The translations under genes were made by a program, and so were the position numbers. Of a DNA stretch of 64,000 nt, positions 40,716-52,987 are shown in pieces. Position 1 is the first letter of the stretch; each line of letters opens with the position of its first letter. Source of the stretch: an uncultured Verrucomicrobiae bacterium (GTDB lineage: Bacteria; Verrucomicrobiota; Verrucomicrobiia; Opitutales; JABDGR01); the NCBI GenBank assembly GCA_963765205.1, contig CAVXVB010000004.1, forward strand, positions 1 through 64,000. The letters are read 5' to 3'. The notes below the pieces were generated by a model, which worked only from the letters and a program-made list of their open reading frames with translations, was not told where the DNA came from and searched no databases.

Positions 40716-41612
40716 TCAAAAGACCAGGCCAATGGCGAGGAGTGCGGCCCAGAGCGCAAGGAATTGCGCCGCGTGGGCGAGGAGTTTATTGAAGCGCGGG
40801 CCGTCGCCGTCGGGCGTGGCCGCGAGGACGCGGGCAAGGAGCAGGCCGAGGGGGGTCAATACCAAGAGCAGGAGCATGGCGGGGCTAGCTCGGATCACCA
40901 GGAAAATAATAATCGGCGACACGAGCGCAAAGAAAATATTGGCACAAAATAATCGGCGCGCGAAGCGGCGGCCATAACGGACGGTGAGAGTGCGTTTGCC
41001 GGCGCGGGCGTCGGTGGCCTGGTCACGGATGTTGTTCACTAGCAAGATATTCGCGGCCAGCAGGCCACAGGCGGTGGCGGCCAGCCAAGCGGTCAAAGGC
41101 GCAGGCCAGCCAGCCTGCACGTCATAGGTGCCAAGGACGGCAACCAAACCGAAAAAAATCAGAGCGCAGACTTCGCCGAGACCGTGATAGGCGAGCGGAT
41201 ACGGGCCTCCGGTGTAAGCCAGCGCGGCCAGCAGGCTAACGCCGCCGATGATAATCATCGGCCAGCCGCCATAGAAAATCAGCCCGGAGCCGGCGGCGGC
41301 GGCGAGCGCGAGCGCCAGGAAAGTCGCGCCCAGCATCGCGCCGGGGGAAATCAAACCGGCGGCGACGGCGCGCGTGGGGCCGAGGCGGCCGGGGGCGTCG
41401 GCGCCGCGGCGGTAATCGAAATAGTCGTTGGCGAAGTTGGCGCCGATTTGGGCCAAAAGCGCAAATCCGGCACACAGCAGGGCGGGAATAAGCTGGAAGT
41501 GATGCGCGTGCGCGGCGAGCGCGCTGCCGAGGGTGACCGGCGCAATCGCCGCGGGCAGCGTGCGTGGTCGCGCGGCGAGGAGCCAGGGCTTGGGTGCGGA
41601 GCGCGGAGGCAC
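40716..41612 (-). CDS. menA: 1,4-dihydroxy-2-naphthoate prenyltransferase
   Basis: ARPRTLPAA, NFANDYFD, YTGGPYPLAYHGLGE, VNNIRD...GKRTL. Confidence 0.94.
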   Translation of the reverse strand: MPPRSAPKPWLLAARPRTLPAAIAPVTLGSALAAHAHHFQLIPALLCAGFALLAQIGANFANDYFDYRRGADAPGRLGPTRAVAAGLISPGAMLGATFLALALAAAAGSGLIFYGGWPMIIIGGVSLLAALAYTGGPYPLAYHGLGEVCALIFFGLVAVLGTYDVQAGWPAPLTAWLAATACGLLAANILLVNNIRDQATDARAGKRTLTVRYGRRFARRLFCANIFFALVSPIIIFLVIRASPAMLLLLVLTPLGLLLARVLAATPDGDGPRFNKLLAHAAQFLALWAALLAIGLVF

Positions 41613-41633
41613 GCGGGGACTTTAGCGGAAAGG

Positions 41634-41690
41634 AACGGGGAATGTGGAGTGTGAAGTAATGCCGAGTGCTGAATGCTGATTCCTGAATAC
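41634..41690. repeat. 7-nt unit arrays (GTGGAGT/GTGAAGT then TGCTGAA)
   Basis: GAATGTGGAGTGTGAAGT and TGCCGAGTGCTGAATGCTGA. Confidence 0.65.
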
Positions 41691-41778
41691 GAGTGCGGCC
41701 TTCTATTTTGACAGAATTCAACACTCAGGAAAATCTCGCGCCACCGATGGGGGTTCTAGCAGAAAGTGGTGGTAAATT

Positions 41779-43839
41779 TTACTTCGCGGAGGGGACATCC
41801 AGCCGGGTAAGTTCGGCGCGGGCGAATTGATATTCGTAATGCTCCTTTTGGCCGGTGGCGATGGCCTTGTTAAAGAAATCACGGGCGCTGGGTTGGTCGT
41901 CTTTGAGAAGGTGCAGGACACCGGCGTAATAAAAGGCTTCACATAGTTGGCCCGGCACGGCTTTTTCATCGCCGGTGGCCGCCGTGGTGAGGAAATCCGC
42001 CTCACTCAAACTCCCCGCCACGAACTGGCCGATGGACTTGGTCCAATCGTCTTTCCACACGGCGACCGTGGCGGAGAAGTCGCCGAGCGGGCGCTTGAGC
42101 CGCTGCAACAAAAGTTCACGGTGCAGAGGCGGATAATCCGAATCGCCGGGCTTCAGTACAATGGCCTGATCATAGTCGGCCAGCGCGTCCTCAAAACTGC
42201 CCTGGACTTCCCGGGCATAGCCCCGGTTGGCGTAGGCGTGCGCGTTTTTCGGGTCGAGTGTGATTGTCTGCGTAAAATCAGCGATAGCCGCGGCGGCATC
42301 ACCCAACCGGGCGTTGGAATAGCCGCGCCAAAGCCAGGTGGTCGCATTTTTGGGGTCCAAATCCAAAGCCTGGCTATAATCGGCCACGGCCCCGGCATAG
42401 TCGCCCTGGTTGTATTTGGCGCCGGCGCGGTGCGCATAGGCGAGCGCATCCTTCGAGTTGATTTTTAAATATTCATCAAAATCCGCGATGGCTTCCGGCG
42501 GGTCCTTCTGCATCTGGAGGTTCGCGCGGGCGAGGAGCGCAGTGGTGTTTTTTGGGTCGAGATCGAGCGCTTGATTGAAGTCGGCGAGAGCACCGGCCTG
42601 GTCGGCTTGGTTGCGCTTGGCATTGCCGCGGTCGGCATAGATTCCGGCATTTTTCGGATCGAGTTCTAGGGCGCGGGAATAATCGGCGATGGCGCCGGCG
42701 AAATCGTGGTTGTTATTTTTGGACGTGGCGCGGTAACGGAGCGCGCCAACGTTATTCGGGTTGATGACGAGGGCTTGATTGATGTCGGCCAGGGCGCCGA
42801 CGTAGTCGCCCCGCGCGCTTTTGGCTTGGCCCGAAATGACGAGCAGGCCGTCAAACTTCAGCGGAATGGAGCTGGCGACGATCCAATCCCGATTCAGTGC
42901 CGATGGATTGTCGAGAACTGGCCGAGGCCGTGCGTAGGCCACGTCGTTTTTTCCATCCAGCACCAAATCCATCCGCGCCAGCGCACGCAGCCCGAGGGAG
43001 CCAACATAATTGCCGGACGTGCCAACCTCGGCCTGGTTGGCTTCGCGCACGGGCACCGCCGTAAGGGTGAGCGTGCCGAGCTTGACATCGTTCGCGAACG
43101 CACTCTCCGCTTTCCAAGAGCCAATACTGGTCATGAAGCCGCTGTCCGCATTGATCGTCGCCTTGGGGTGGGCCGCGCGCCACTCCTGCCATTGCTCGGG
43201 GGCCAGGGCGACCCCGTAGTCCGCCCCGGTGTCCACGGCGATCTCCCCGGTCTGGCCATTGGCCAGCGTGGTTTCCAAAACCAGGACATTGTTGGGCGTT
43301 ATTTTCAACTTCAGCCACCCGGCGGTTTCCGGCGGCAGTTTTTCCATGCAGCGCACGGTGCGCGCGGTAGGATCAAAAACCAGAATATTGTCCCGCACTT
43401 CGGGCCAGCCGATTGAGCCATCAATGGGCACATCCGCCGCCATGTTATAGGCCGACACCAGCAACGGCGCGGTGTAAGTCTCCCCACCCACCGCCAAGCG
43501 CACTGGCTCGGACAAGGCGAGGCCCGTATTGTCCGGCAGCTTAATGGACGAGAGGCCGGCCGGCAGCGCGATTTTGACGCCTAAGCGGGTCGCGCCCGCA
43601 TCGGTGAACAGGGCTGAACTGGCCCCCGTGTCCAAAATCAACCCCGCAGACTTGCCATTAATCGTGGCCTGCGGAAAAATAACCCGGGTGTTCACCGCCT
43701 GTGTCTCCGTAGGGATCCGGGTTGCAACATAGTTCTTGAGCGTGCCGGCCACGCCAAGGGTGAAGCGCCAGCCCGCCACGTTCCAGACCAAGCCGGCCAG
43801 AACCGCGACCACAATGAGGGTTAATCGCCGGGCTTTCAT
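41779..43839 (-). CDS. Two-lobed aspartic protease plus TPR/NlpI-like protein (paralog of 16822-18783)
   Basis: LILDTGA and IAVDTGA; EWRAAHP; about 7 TPRs; CEAFYYAGVLHLL. Confidence 0.87.
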   Translation of the reverse strand: MKARRLTLIVVAVLAGLVWNVAGWRFTLGVAGTLKNYVATRIPTETQAVNTRVIFPQATINGKSAGLILDTGASSALFTDAGATRLGVKIALPAGLSSIKLPDNTGLALSEPVRLAVGGETYTAPLLVSAYNMAADVPIDGSIGWPEVRDNILVFDPTARTVRCMEKLPPETAGWLKLKITPNNVLVLETTLANGQTGEIAVDTGADYGVALAPEQWQEWRAAHPKATINADSGFMTSIGSWKAESAFANDVKLGTLTLTAVPVREANQAEVGTSGNYVGSLGLRALARMDLVLDGKNDVAYARPRPVLDNPSALNRDWIVASSIPLKFDGLLVISGQAKSARGDYVGALADINQALVINPNNVGALRYRATSKNNNHDFAGAIADYSRALELDPKNAGIYADRGNAKRNQADQAGALADFNQALDLDPKNTTALLARANLQMQKDPPEAIADFDEYLKINSKDALAYAHRAGAKYNQGDYAGAVADYSQALDLDPKNATTWLWRGYSNARLGDAAAAIADFTQTITLDPKNAHAYANRGYAREVQGSFEDALADYDQAIVLKPGDSDYPPLHRELLLQRLKRPLGDFSATVAVWKDDWTKSIGQFVAGSLSEADFLTTAATGDEKAVPGQLCEAFYYAGVLHLLKDDQPSARDFFNKAIATGQKEHYEYQFARAELTRLDVPSAK

Positions 43840-43952
43840 GGGAAGAAAGGGACAAAGCAGAGAAGCGGGGGGGCTGAGCCACTCGATCACTGAGGTTGTT
43901 GGCCTTGGAACCAAGGGCAATCCAATTTTGCAGGTCAATTTCTGCTTGGGCC

Positions 43953-44031
43953 GGCACTCAGAATTCAGCATTCAAAAATTGTCCTGTCCTCAGTTCCTTT
44001 GCCCCTCTGCTCCTTTGCTCCTCGCTCTTCG
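43953..44031. repeat. 7-nt unit arrays (TTCAGCA; CCTTTGC/CCTCTGC)
   Basis: GGCACTCAGAATTCAGCATTCA is the inverse of the 41660-41680 array. Confidence 0.65.
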
Positions 44032-44820
44032 CTACTCCACCCTGCTAAAATAATTTTTGACCGTCGCGACCAGATAGTCGCGGTTCAGGTGGGCGATGTG
44101 GTCGAGGGAGATTTCCTTGGGGCAGACGGCGGAGCATTCGCCATAATTGGTGCAGTTGCCGAAGCCTTCGGCGTCCATCACGCGGACCATGGCGAGGACG
44201 CGGCGGTCCTTCTCGATTTTGCCCTGCGGCAGGGCGTTGAGGTGCGAGGCCTTGGCGGCGACAAAGAGCATGGCCGAGGCGTTTTTGCACGCGGCCACGC
44301 ACGCGCCGCAGCCGATGCACGCGGCGGCGTCCATCGCGTAATCGGCGACTTGCTTGGGGATGGCGATTTCGTTGGCGTCGGGGGCGGAGCCGGTGCGCGC
44401 GGAGATGAAGCCGCCGGCCTGGATGACGCGGTCGAAGGCGGAGCGGTCCACCACGAGGTCGCGCACGACGGGGAAGGAGCGCGCGCGCCAGGGTTCGATG
44501 GTGATGGTCTGGCCGTCCTGGAAATGGCGCATGTGGAGCTGGCAGGTGGTCGTGCCGCGCTCGGGGCCGTGGGGGATGCCGTTGATGGTCATCGAACACA
44601 TGCCGCAAATGCCCTCGCGGCAATCGTGGTCGAATTCTACGGCGGGTTCGCCTTTCGCGATCAATTGCTCGTTCAGCTGGTCCATCATTTCGAGGAAAGA
44701 CGAATCGGGGGATACGTTCTCGATTTTGTAATCCACGAGCTTGCCGGACGCGGACGCGCTCGGTTGCCGCCACACGCGAAGGGTGAGGTTCAGGCCGGAT
44801 GGATGATCAGGGGCGGACAT
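44032..44820 (-). CDS. sdhB: Succinate dehydrogenase/fumarate reductase Fe-S subunit
   Basis: [30 protein letters not shown]. Confidence 0.96.
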   Translation of the reverse strand: MSAPDHPSGLNLTLRVWRQPSASASGKLVDYKIENVSPDSSFLEMMDQLNEQLIAKGEPAVEFDHDCREGICGMCSMTINGIPHGPERGTTTCQLHMRHFQDGQTITIEPWRARSFPVVRDLVVDRSAFDRVIQAGGFISARTGSAPDANEIAIPKQVADYAMDAAACIGCGACVAACKNASAMLFVAAKASHLNALPQGKIEKDRRVLAMVRVMDAEGFGNCTNYGECSAVCPKEISLDHIAHLNRDYLVATVKNYFSRVE

Positions 44821-44852
44821 GGCGAAATTCCTGTATGGTTGAATTGTTCAAT

Positions 44853-46802
<1,950 letters not shown>

Positions 46803-46854
46803 GGGTGGCGGAAAAGTTTTGGTAATCGGAAGAGGACGCAGCAAGTCTGCGCCC

Positions 46855-47688
46855 CTACATCTTCGGGGAGGGGTTAACGGCGTCGGTGGGCGGCGGGAAA
46901 TTGTAGTCCACTTCGACGGGCGTTGGGCGGGTGGGGTCCCAGCCGGCAGCGGCTTTTTCGATTTGCGCGAGGACTTCGCGCACGGGCAACATTTCCCGTG
47001 TGGAGTGCAGCGACCATTGCACGGCGACGGGGACGGCAATGAAGCCGAGGAAAATGAGCAGGCCGAAGGCGAGGGCAAAATGATCCAGCCAGCCGCGCCA
47101 CTTGGCGTTGCGCACGCCGAGGCTCTGGCACATGCTGCTCACGCCATGCGAGAGGTGCAGGCACAGCAGGCCGATGGCAAAAACGTAAAAGGCCGCGACC
47201 GCGGGATAGGAAAAACCGACGAGCACCATCGCAAAAACATCGTGCATCCGGCGGCCGTTGTCGGCGTATTCCAGCGATTTGAAAATCGGATGGATGATTT
47301 GCAGAGTGAAATCCGCCAGGTGGAACAGGATGAAGGCCAGGACGATGAAGCCGCTCCAGATCATTGTGCGCGAGGCGTAAGTGGCCTGCACGGTGGCGTC
47401 CTGTTTATAGCCAAGGGGGCGGGCGCGGCGGTTTTCGAGCGTGAGCAGCACGGCCATCCAGATATGCACCGCCACGCAGGCAAGCAGGAACAGGCGCACC
47501 GCCCAGAGCAGTTCGCCGAGCGACTGGAGGAAATTCGCGTAGCGGTTGATGGGGCCGGGCGCGGCGGCAAAAACTTGCAAATTGCCCAGCATGTGCCCAA
47601 GCACGAAAAGCACCAGCACCAGGCCGGTCGCGGCCATCAGATACTTTTTGACCAGCGAAGGCAGGCGGGTCGCGGGGGAAGCGCTCAT
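46855..47688 (-). CDS. sdhC: Succinate dehydrogenase cytochrome b subunit
   Basis: [10 protein letters not shown]...[20 protein letters not shown]; 5 TM. Confidence 0.93.
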   Translation of the reverse strand: MSASPATRLPSLVKKYLMAATGLVLVLFVLGHMLGNLQVFAAAPGPINRYANFLQSLGELLWAVRLFLLACVAVHIWMAVLLTLENRRARPLGYKQDATVQATYASRTMIWSGFIVLAFILFHLADFTLQIIHPIFKSLEYADNGRRMHDVFAMVLVGFSYPAVAAFYVFAIGLLCLHLSHGVSSMCQSLGVRNAKWRGWLDHFALAFGLLIFLGFIAVPVAVQWSLHSTREMLPVREVLAQIEKAAAGWDPTRPTPVEVDYNFPPPTDAVNPSPKM

Positions 47689-47916
47689 GGTCGCGGCAAC
47701 GGGAGAGATCGGAAGGTGGGAGCAGCGGCGGCAAATCCAGCCAGTTTGGTTAATATAGGCAAGCGGGCGCACATTCAACGGCGAACGAGCGCCCGCTAAC
47801 GGCCTATTAGCCGGGGCGATAGCTATTATAATTTCCGGTATTGCCAATTGCGCCGGATTAATTTGCATTGGCCGCCTAGTTCCCCAGTGGAAACCATCCC
47901 CCATCGGCATGACGCC

Positions 47917-48541
47917 ATGAAATTTACCCGGGGCATTTTTGGCCTGCTTTTGCTTTTGGCCTTAATTGGGCTGCTGGCCTGGTGGTTGTTCCCACCGCAA
48001 GCCAGCCGGGCGGTCGTGTCCACGCCCAAGCCAACCCCGTTGCAAGCCGTTCTCGCGCCAAAGCCCGCGCCCATCACGGTTGTCGAAACGCCCACGCCCA
48101 CGGCCGCGCCGCCGCCCATTTCGTCCGGGGGCCTGAGTGACCCGCAGGCCAATTTGGACACGGCCGTCGCCGACGTGGCCCGGCTCGCGCAGGCAAATAA
48201 TTTTGGCGCATTGTTCGAGAATTATGGCGTGCCCGTCATTGATCCGGCCGGGCGCTATCGCAACGGCGTAAATATCCTGGCGGACCTGCAACAAAAAGTC
48301 CTGTCCTTTCAGGCCTACCTCAACAGCCCCGGCGGCCAGGCGGAACCGGCAACAATTGCAAGCCACGCTGGCATTCATGCAAATGCAGACGCCGGTTTAC
48401 AACGCGGCGGGCGACCAAGCCACGATCCAGATTGGCCCCGTCACCGACCAGGACCGCGCCGCCAACCTGATTCCGCAAATCACCTTTTTCAAAAAAGACG
48501 GCCGCTGGTATTTGCAGACTGGCAATCCCTTCGGTTGGTGA
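47917..48541 (+). CDS. Third paralog of the 21721-22374 exported-protein family; frameshift near 48345
   Basis: TM, DPQANLDTAVADVARL, then in another frame TPVYNAAGDQAT and FFKKDGRWY. Confidence 0.7.
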
Positions 48542-48683
48542 ATTACGGTTTCGATTTGCCCGCGTCCTGCCGCGCCGGCGGCATGTGCCGCACCGTGTTA
48601 TAATCTTCAACGTTGCCAATCTCCTCTCGATTGTTTGCATGTGACGAATCTGCACAGGACGGGTAACCCCATTCCTCCTCCCC

Positions 48684-49412
48684 ATGAAATCATCCCCCGC
48701 CGTTTTGCCAGCCTTCATCCGCTGCTCCCCGCTGCTGCTGGCGGCGCTGCTGGCTGCCGGCTGCCCGGGTTATACCAGCTTCAGTTCCAGTTCCGGCAGC
48801 ACCACCGTAACCGTGGACCAAGGCGGCCCAACCATCGCCGGTTCCGGCCAGACCGCCACGGAGAGCCGCGCCGTCGGCGCGTTTTCCAAAATTGACGTCG
48901 GCGGCTTGAGCACGATGGACATTGAGATCGGCAACGCCACCACCCTCGCGGTGACCACCGACGACAACGTCCTGCCCGCCATCGAAACCAAGGTCGAGGG
49001 CGACACGCTGCACATCCGCCCGGTGAAAAATTACCGCACGACGCTCGGGGTGAAAGTCAAAATCACCACGCCGGCGCTCGAAGGCGTGAAAGTATCTGGC
49101 GCTTGCGCCCTCACCGCCCACGGCCTGGACGCCAAGGCTTTTGCGCTGGATGTTTCCGGGGCGAGCAGCGCGGATTTGGCCGGAAAAACCGGGTCTTTGG
49201 ATATCCAGCTTTCAGGCGCGGGCAATATCAAGGCCGCCGACCTGACCGCCCAAAACGTGAAAGTCGAAATTTCCGGCGCCGCGCACGCGGCCGTCTGCGC
49301 AACGGAATCGCTCGACGCCTCCGTCTCCGGCGCGGGCGCGGTCAGCTACACCGGCCACCCCGCCCAAGTGAAACAGAACGTCAGCGGCGTGGGCTGGATC
49401 AAGGCGGAGTAA
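48684..49412 (+). CDS. DUF2807 (GIN domain) lipoprotein
   Basis: LAAGC lipobox; DDNVLPAIETKVEGDTL; repeated SGA motifs; VSYTGHP. Confidence 0.88.
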   Translation: MKSSPAVLPAFIRCSPLLLAALLAAGCPGYTSFSSSSGSTTVTVDQGGPTIAGSGQTATESRAVGAFSKIDVGGLSTMDIEIGNATTLAVTTDDNVLPAIETKVEGDTLHIRPVKNYRTTLGVKVKITTPALEGVKVSGACALTAHGLDAKAFALDVSGASSADLAGKTGSLDIQLSGAGNIKAADLTAQNVKVEISGAAHAAVCATESLDASVSGAGAVSYTGHPAQVKQNVSGVGWIKAE

Positions 49413-49423
49413 ATGACACGCCC

Positions 49424-50752
49424 CTACCCCAACAGCAGCAGCGCCGGGGTTTCGAGGATGGCTTTGAGCGCGGCGAGGAATTGCGCGGCGATCGCGCCGT
49501 CAATCACCCGATGGTCGCCGGAAATGCCAATTGTCATCCGCCGGCCGGCGACGACATGGCCATGCGCGTCCACCACCGGCTTCGCCAGCGTCGCGCCGAC
49601 GGAGAGAATCGCGGCGTTGGGCGGGTTGATGATGCCGTAAAAACCGGTGACGCCAAACATGCCGAGGTTCGTGACCGTGAAGGTCGAGCCGCTCATTTCT
49701 GCGGGCGTGAGTTTTTTCGCGCGCGCCTTGGCGATGAGCGCCTTCGCCTCGGCGGCGATTTGGCGCAGGCTCTTGCCGTCCGCGTCGCGGATGACGGGCG
49801 TGAGCAGGCCGTCCTCGATGGCGACGCCAAACGCGAGGTGGACGCGCCCGTGCCGCTGGATGCTCTCGCCCAGCCACGAACTGTTGACCGCCGGCACGCG
49901 GCGCAGGGCCTCGACCGCGGCTTTCAAAATAAAATCGTTGACGGTGAATTTGCCGCCGCCTTTGTCGGGCGGAATTTCACCCAGGACGGCATTGAGGCCC
50001 TCGCGCAAGTCAGCCAGCGGCCCGGCGTCCACTTCGATCTCAACATAGAAATGCGGAATGCCGTTCGTGGATTCGAGCAGGCGGCGCGCGATGGTCGCCC
50101 GCATGTTCGAGACGGGAATCGTTTCGTCCACGCCAATCGGGCCGCTGAGCGAGACGACCGACGCGGCGGATGTGGCGGGCGCGGACGATGCGGGCGCGGG
50201 CTTGCCGACCGCAGCCAGCACGTCCGCGCGCACGATGCGACCGCCGGGGCCGCTGCCTTGCAGGCCGACGAGCGCAACGCCCTTTTCGGCGGCGAGTTTC
50301 TTGGCCAGCGGTGAGGCTTTGACGCGGGCGGAAGAAGAAACAGTTTCGAGTTTCGGGTTTCGAGTTTCGAGTTGGGGCGCGGGCGCGGCTGGCGGTGAAA
50401 TTGGCGTTGCGGGTTTGGCGGCCGGTGCGGCGGCGGGCGCGGGAGTCGGCGCGGGTTTCGCCGCGGCGGGCGGCGCTTTGGCGGCGACGGAGGGCGCGGG
50501 GGGCGCGGCTTCGCCGGCTTTGCCAATGGCGCACATCGGCGCGCCGACGGGGATTTGCGCGCCTGCGGCCACGTAGTGCTTGAGCAGCACGCCAGGCGCA
50601 AAGCTCTCGACTTCCATCGTCGCCTTGTCGGTCTCGACTTCACAGAGCATGTCGCCGGACGCGACGGGGTCGCCCTCCTTTTTCAACCATTTGACCAGGG
50701 TGCCCACGGTCATGGTGTCGCTGAGCTTCGGCATTTCGATGATTTCGGCCAT
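49424..50752 (-). CDS. pdhC: Pyruvate dehydrogenase E2 (dihydrolipoamide acetyltransferase)
   Basis: MPKLSDTM, EVETDKATME lipoyl motif, ASPLAKKLA, GSGPGGRI, DHRVIDGA. Confidence 0.95.
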   Translation of the reverse strand: MAEIIEMPKLSDTMTVGTLVKWLKKEGDPVASGDMLCEVETDKATMEVESFAPGVLLKHYVAAGAQIPVGAPMCAIGKAGEAAPPAPSVAAKAPPAAAKPAPTPAPAAAPAAKPATPISPPAAPAPQLETRNPKLETVSSSARVKASPLAKKLAAEKGVALVGLQGSGPGGRIVRADVLAAVGKPAPASSAPATSAASVVSLSGPIGVDETIPVSNMRATIARRLLESTNGIPHFYVEIEVDAGPLADLREGLNAVLGEIPPDKGGGKFTVNDFILKAAVEALRRVPAVNSSWLGESIQRHGRVHLAFGVAIEDGLLTPVIRDADGKSLRQIAAEAKALIAKARAKKLTPAEMSGSTFTVTNLGMFGVTGFYGIINPPNAAILSVGATLAKPVVDAHGHVVAGRRMTIGISGDHRVIDGAIAAQFLAALKAILETPALLLLG

Positions 50753-50780
50753 GGGGGAGTTTTACCGCAGGCAACGCGGA

Positions 50781-50840
50781 AAAGGCAAAGGGGAAATGTC
50801 GGGATCGGGCGAAGGGGCAAAGGGCGAAGGGCGAAGGGGG
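50781..50840. repeat. 7-nt unit array (AAGGGCG)
   Basis: GGGCGAAGGGGCAAAGGGCGAAGGGCGAAGG; inverse copy at 52849-52879. Confidence 0.65.
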
Positions 50841-50940
50841 GCTGCGAAGCCGAGGCTGTAATGCGCTTTTTTGGCCTTTTATCATACCCTTCTGGTGATA
50901 TATTGCCGGGATGCGACTGCTTGGCCAGTTTGGCGGGAGA

Positions 50941-52812
50941 ATGACCCAACCCCGATGGCCTTGGGTCTTGGCGGGGGTGCTGATGGGGTCGGCGGGGCTG
51001 GCGGCGGCCACCGATTCGGGCCAATGGACGGCGCAGGACTCCGGCACGACAGCGACTTTGCGCGGGGTGGCCTGGAATGGCCTGGAATTTGTGGCGGTGG
51101 GAGACGCGGGGACGATCTTGACCTCACCGGATGGCGTCAAGTGGACCGCGCAGAAATCGCCCGTGAAGGAGGAACTCGACGCGGTCGGCCTTTTTCGGGA
51201 AACCTGGGTCGCCGTGGGTGGAAATGGAACGATCCTCACATCACAGAACGGCACCGAATGGCTCGCGCAAAATTCCCGGACGAAGGCGCCGTTGCGAAGC
51301 GTGGCGGCCAACAAGGAACTCATTATCGCAGCCGGGACGGGCAGCTCGATTCGCGTTTCCGACGATGGCCGGAACTGGCGCGCGCCTGTGGTTGATTTGC
51401 CCGCGGCCCTCGACTTCAAGATGGTGGTCGGCACGGGAACAGGCTTCACGATTTATAGCGGCCAGGGTTACGTTTCTTACCGGCTGAAGGAAAAACAAAT
51501 GGAGTGGGACCCCTCCCACCTCCAGCCGGCGGCCGCCGGGCGGTTCGGCTGGCTTTTTCCAGGAACAAGCACCCTGCTCAAACGGGGCCAAAAGCCGCCC
51601 GCGCCCTTGCCGCCGGTAAACTGGCTGATGGCCTTTCCGCAAGGCGGCGGGATCATCGTCGGCGATGATGGCCGGCTGTGGCGGGAAGGCATGTTCAAGG
51701 GAAATGTCTGGTCGGGAATAAAGGACGAGACCGCGGACAGCCTTTTTGCAGGCTGGTGGAGCGGGCAACACGCCGTGCTGGTCGGCGCGCGGGGCGCGAT
51801 TTTGTCTTCGACGGACGGAGTGATTTGGAATGCCCACCGCGGGCCGGCCGGCGCCAACTTGCGGGCCATCACTGGCAGCGAAAAATTAGTGGTCATGGTC
51901 GGTGAAAACGGAACCATTCTGACCGGGCCGAATCTGCCCTCGGTGGATAAACCCATCGTGAATCCGGACGGAGGCGCTTTTGCCGAACTGCCGGAGGTGC
52001 GACTGCGATGCCCTATCGCCGGCGCCCAAATCCATTATACCCTCGACGACAGCACGCCAACGGCGGAGTCGCCTGTTTATGCCCAGCCGTTCACCCTGAG
52101 CATGTCGGGAAATCTGCGCGCGCGGGCCTTCAAGGAGGGATTGGATCCGAGCGAAGAAGTGCGGGCGGAATTTATCCACATGGCGCCACCGGTTTTCAGA
52201 ATGCCGCTCCAAAGCGTACGGATCCCTGTGAACGAGGAGGTCGACTTCGAGGCCACAGCGGAAGGAATCGGTCTGTTCACCACTCCGGCATGGTATCTGA
52301 AGCCACTCCAGGGCAATGAGCAAGGCGTTCCATCGCTTCGAATAGACGACCGCACAAGTATCGTGAATCTGGGATTGGCGGCTATGAGCATGAATGGCTC
52401 TGTAATCCGATGCATGGCGACCAATAACTATGGCAGCGTCTCGGAGGAAGCGACGCTCACGGTGTTTGTGCCCAAGCCGGTCCTAATCGTCACCCAGCCC
52501 TTCTCCCAGACCGTCGCCGAGCGGCAGAGCGTGTTGTTCAAGGTGGAAACGCAGAGCGATCCGAAGCCCAGTTGCCAATGGGAGCGCCTCACTTTTGTAA
52601 ACCGCATCGCGGTCTGGGAAAAAATCGAGGACAGCGCCGTTTTTTCCGGGACCAAGACCAACACGCTCACGATTGCCGCCCCCACCCCGGAAATGTCGGG
52701 CGAGTCCTTCCGGTGCAAGATAACGGACAACTATTTCAAAGACACCTCAAATAAGCCAAAAGTTACCGACACCATTGACGTTACACTCACGGTGGACGCG
52801 CCGCCACATTGA
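50941..52812 (+). CDS. Secreted BNR/YCF48-like beta-propeller + CHB_HEX_C/Fn3-associated + two Ig-like domains
   Basis: Signal peptide; VAVGDAGTILTSPDGVKW repeats; IHYTLDDSTPT; QPFSQTV...FRCKIT. Confidence 0.85.
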   Translation: MTQPRWPWVLAGVLMGSAGLAAATDSGQWTAQDSGTTATLRGVAWNGLEFVAVGDAGTILTSPDGVKWTAQKSPVKEELDAVGLFRETWVAVGGNGTILTSQNGTEWLAQNSRTKAPLRSVAANKELIIAAGTGSSIRVSDDGRNWRAPVVDLPAALDFKMVVGTGTGFTIYSGQGYVSYRLKEKQMEWDPSHLQPAAAGRFGWLFPGTSTLLKRGQKPPAPLPPVNWLMAFPQGGGIIVGDDGRLWREGMFKGNVWSGIKDETADSLFAGWWSGQHAVLVGARGAILSSTDGVIWNAHRGPAGANLRAITGSEKLVVMVGENGTILTGPNLPSVDKPIVNPDGGAFAELPEVRLRCPIAGAQIHYTLDDSTPTAESPVYAQPFTLSMSGNLRARAFKEGLDPSEEVRAEFIHMAPPVFRMPLQSVRIPVNEEVDFEATAEGIGLFTTPAWYLKPLQGNEQGVPSLRIDDRTSIVNLGLAAMSMNGSVIRCMATNNYGSVSEEATLTVFVPKPVLIVTQPFSQTVAERQSVLFKVETQSDPKPSCQWERLTFVNRIAVWEKIEDSAVFSGTKTNTLTIAAPTPEMSGESFRCKITDNYFKDTSNKPKVTDTIDVTLTVDAPPH

Positions 52813-52818
52813 GACGCC

Positions 52819-52902
52819 TGAGTAGCTTCTGTCGCCTCAGTTCCTCTTCCCTTTGTCCCTCTGCCCCTTCGCCCTCTGCTCCTTTCACTTCGCCACGCTC
52901 TC
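52819..52902. repeat. 9-nt then 7-nt unit arrays (CCCTCTG/CCCTTCG)
   Basis: CCCTTTGTCCCTCTGCCCCTTCGCCCTCTGC; the preceding GCTTCTGTCGCCTCAGT recurs near 13062-13078. Confidence 0.65.
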
Positions 52903-52987
52903 CATTGTACAAATGGCAAGAATGCCCAAGCAGAACCAGTCCGCCCTTGACTTCGCGGGGCGGCGGTTCTCTGATTCGTTTGCCGCA

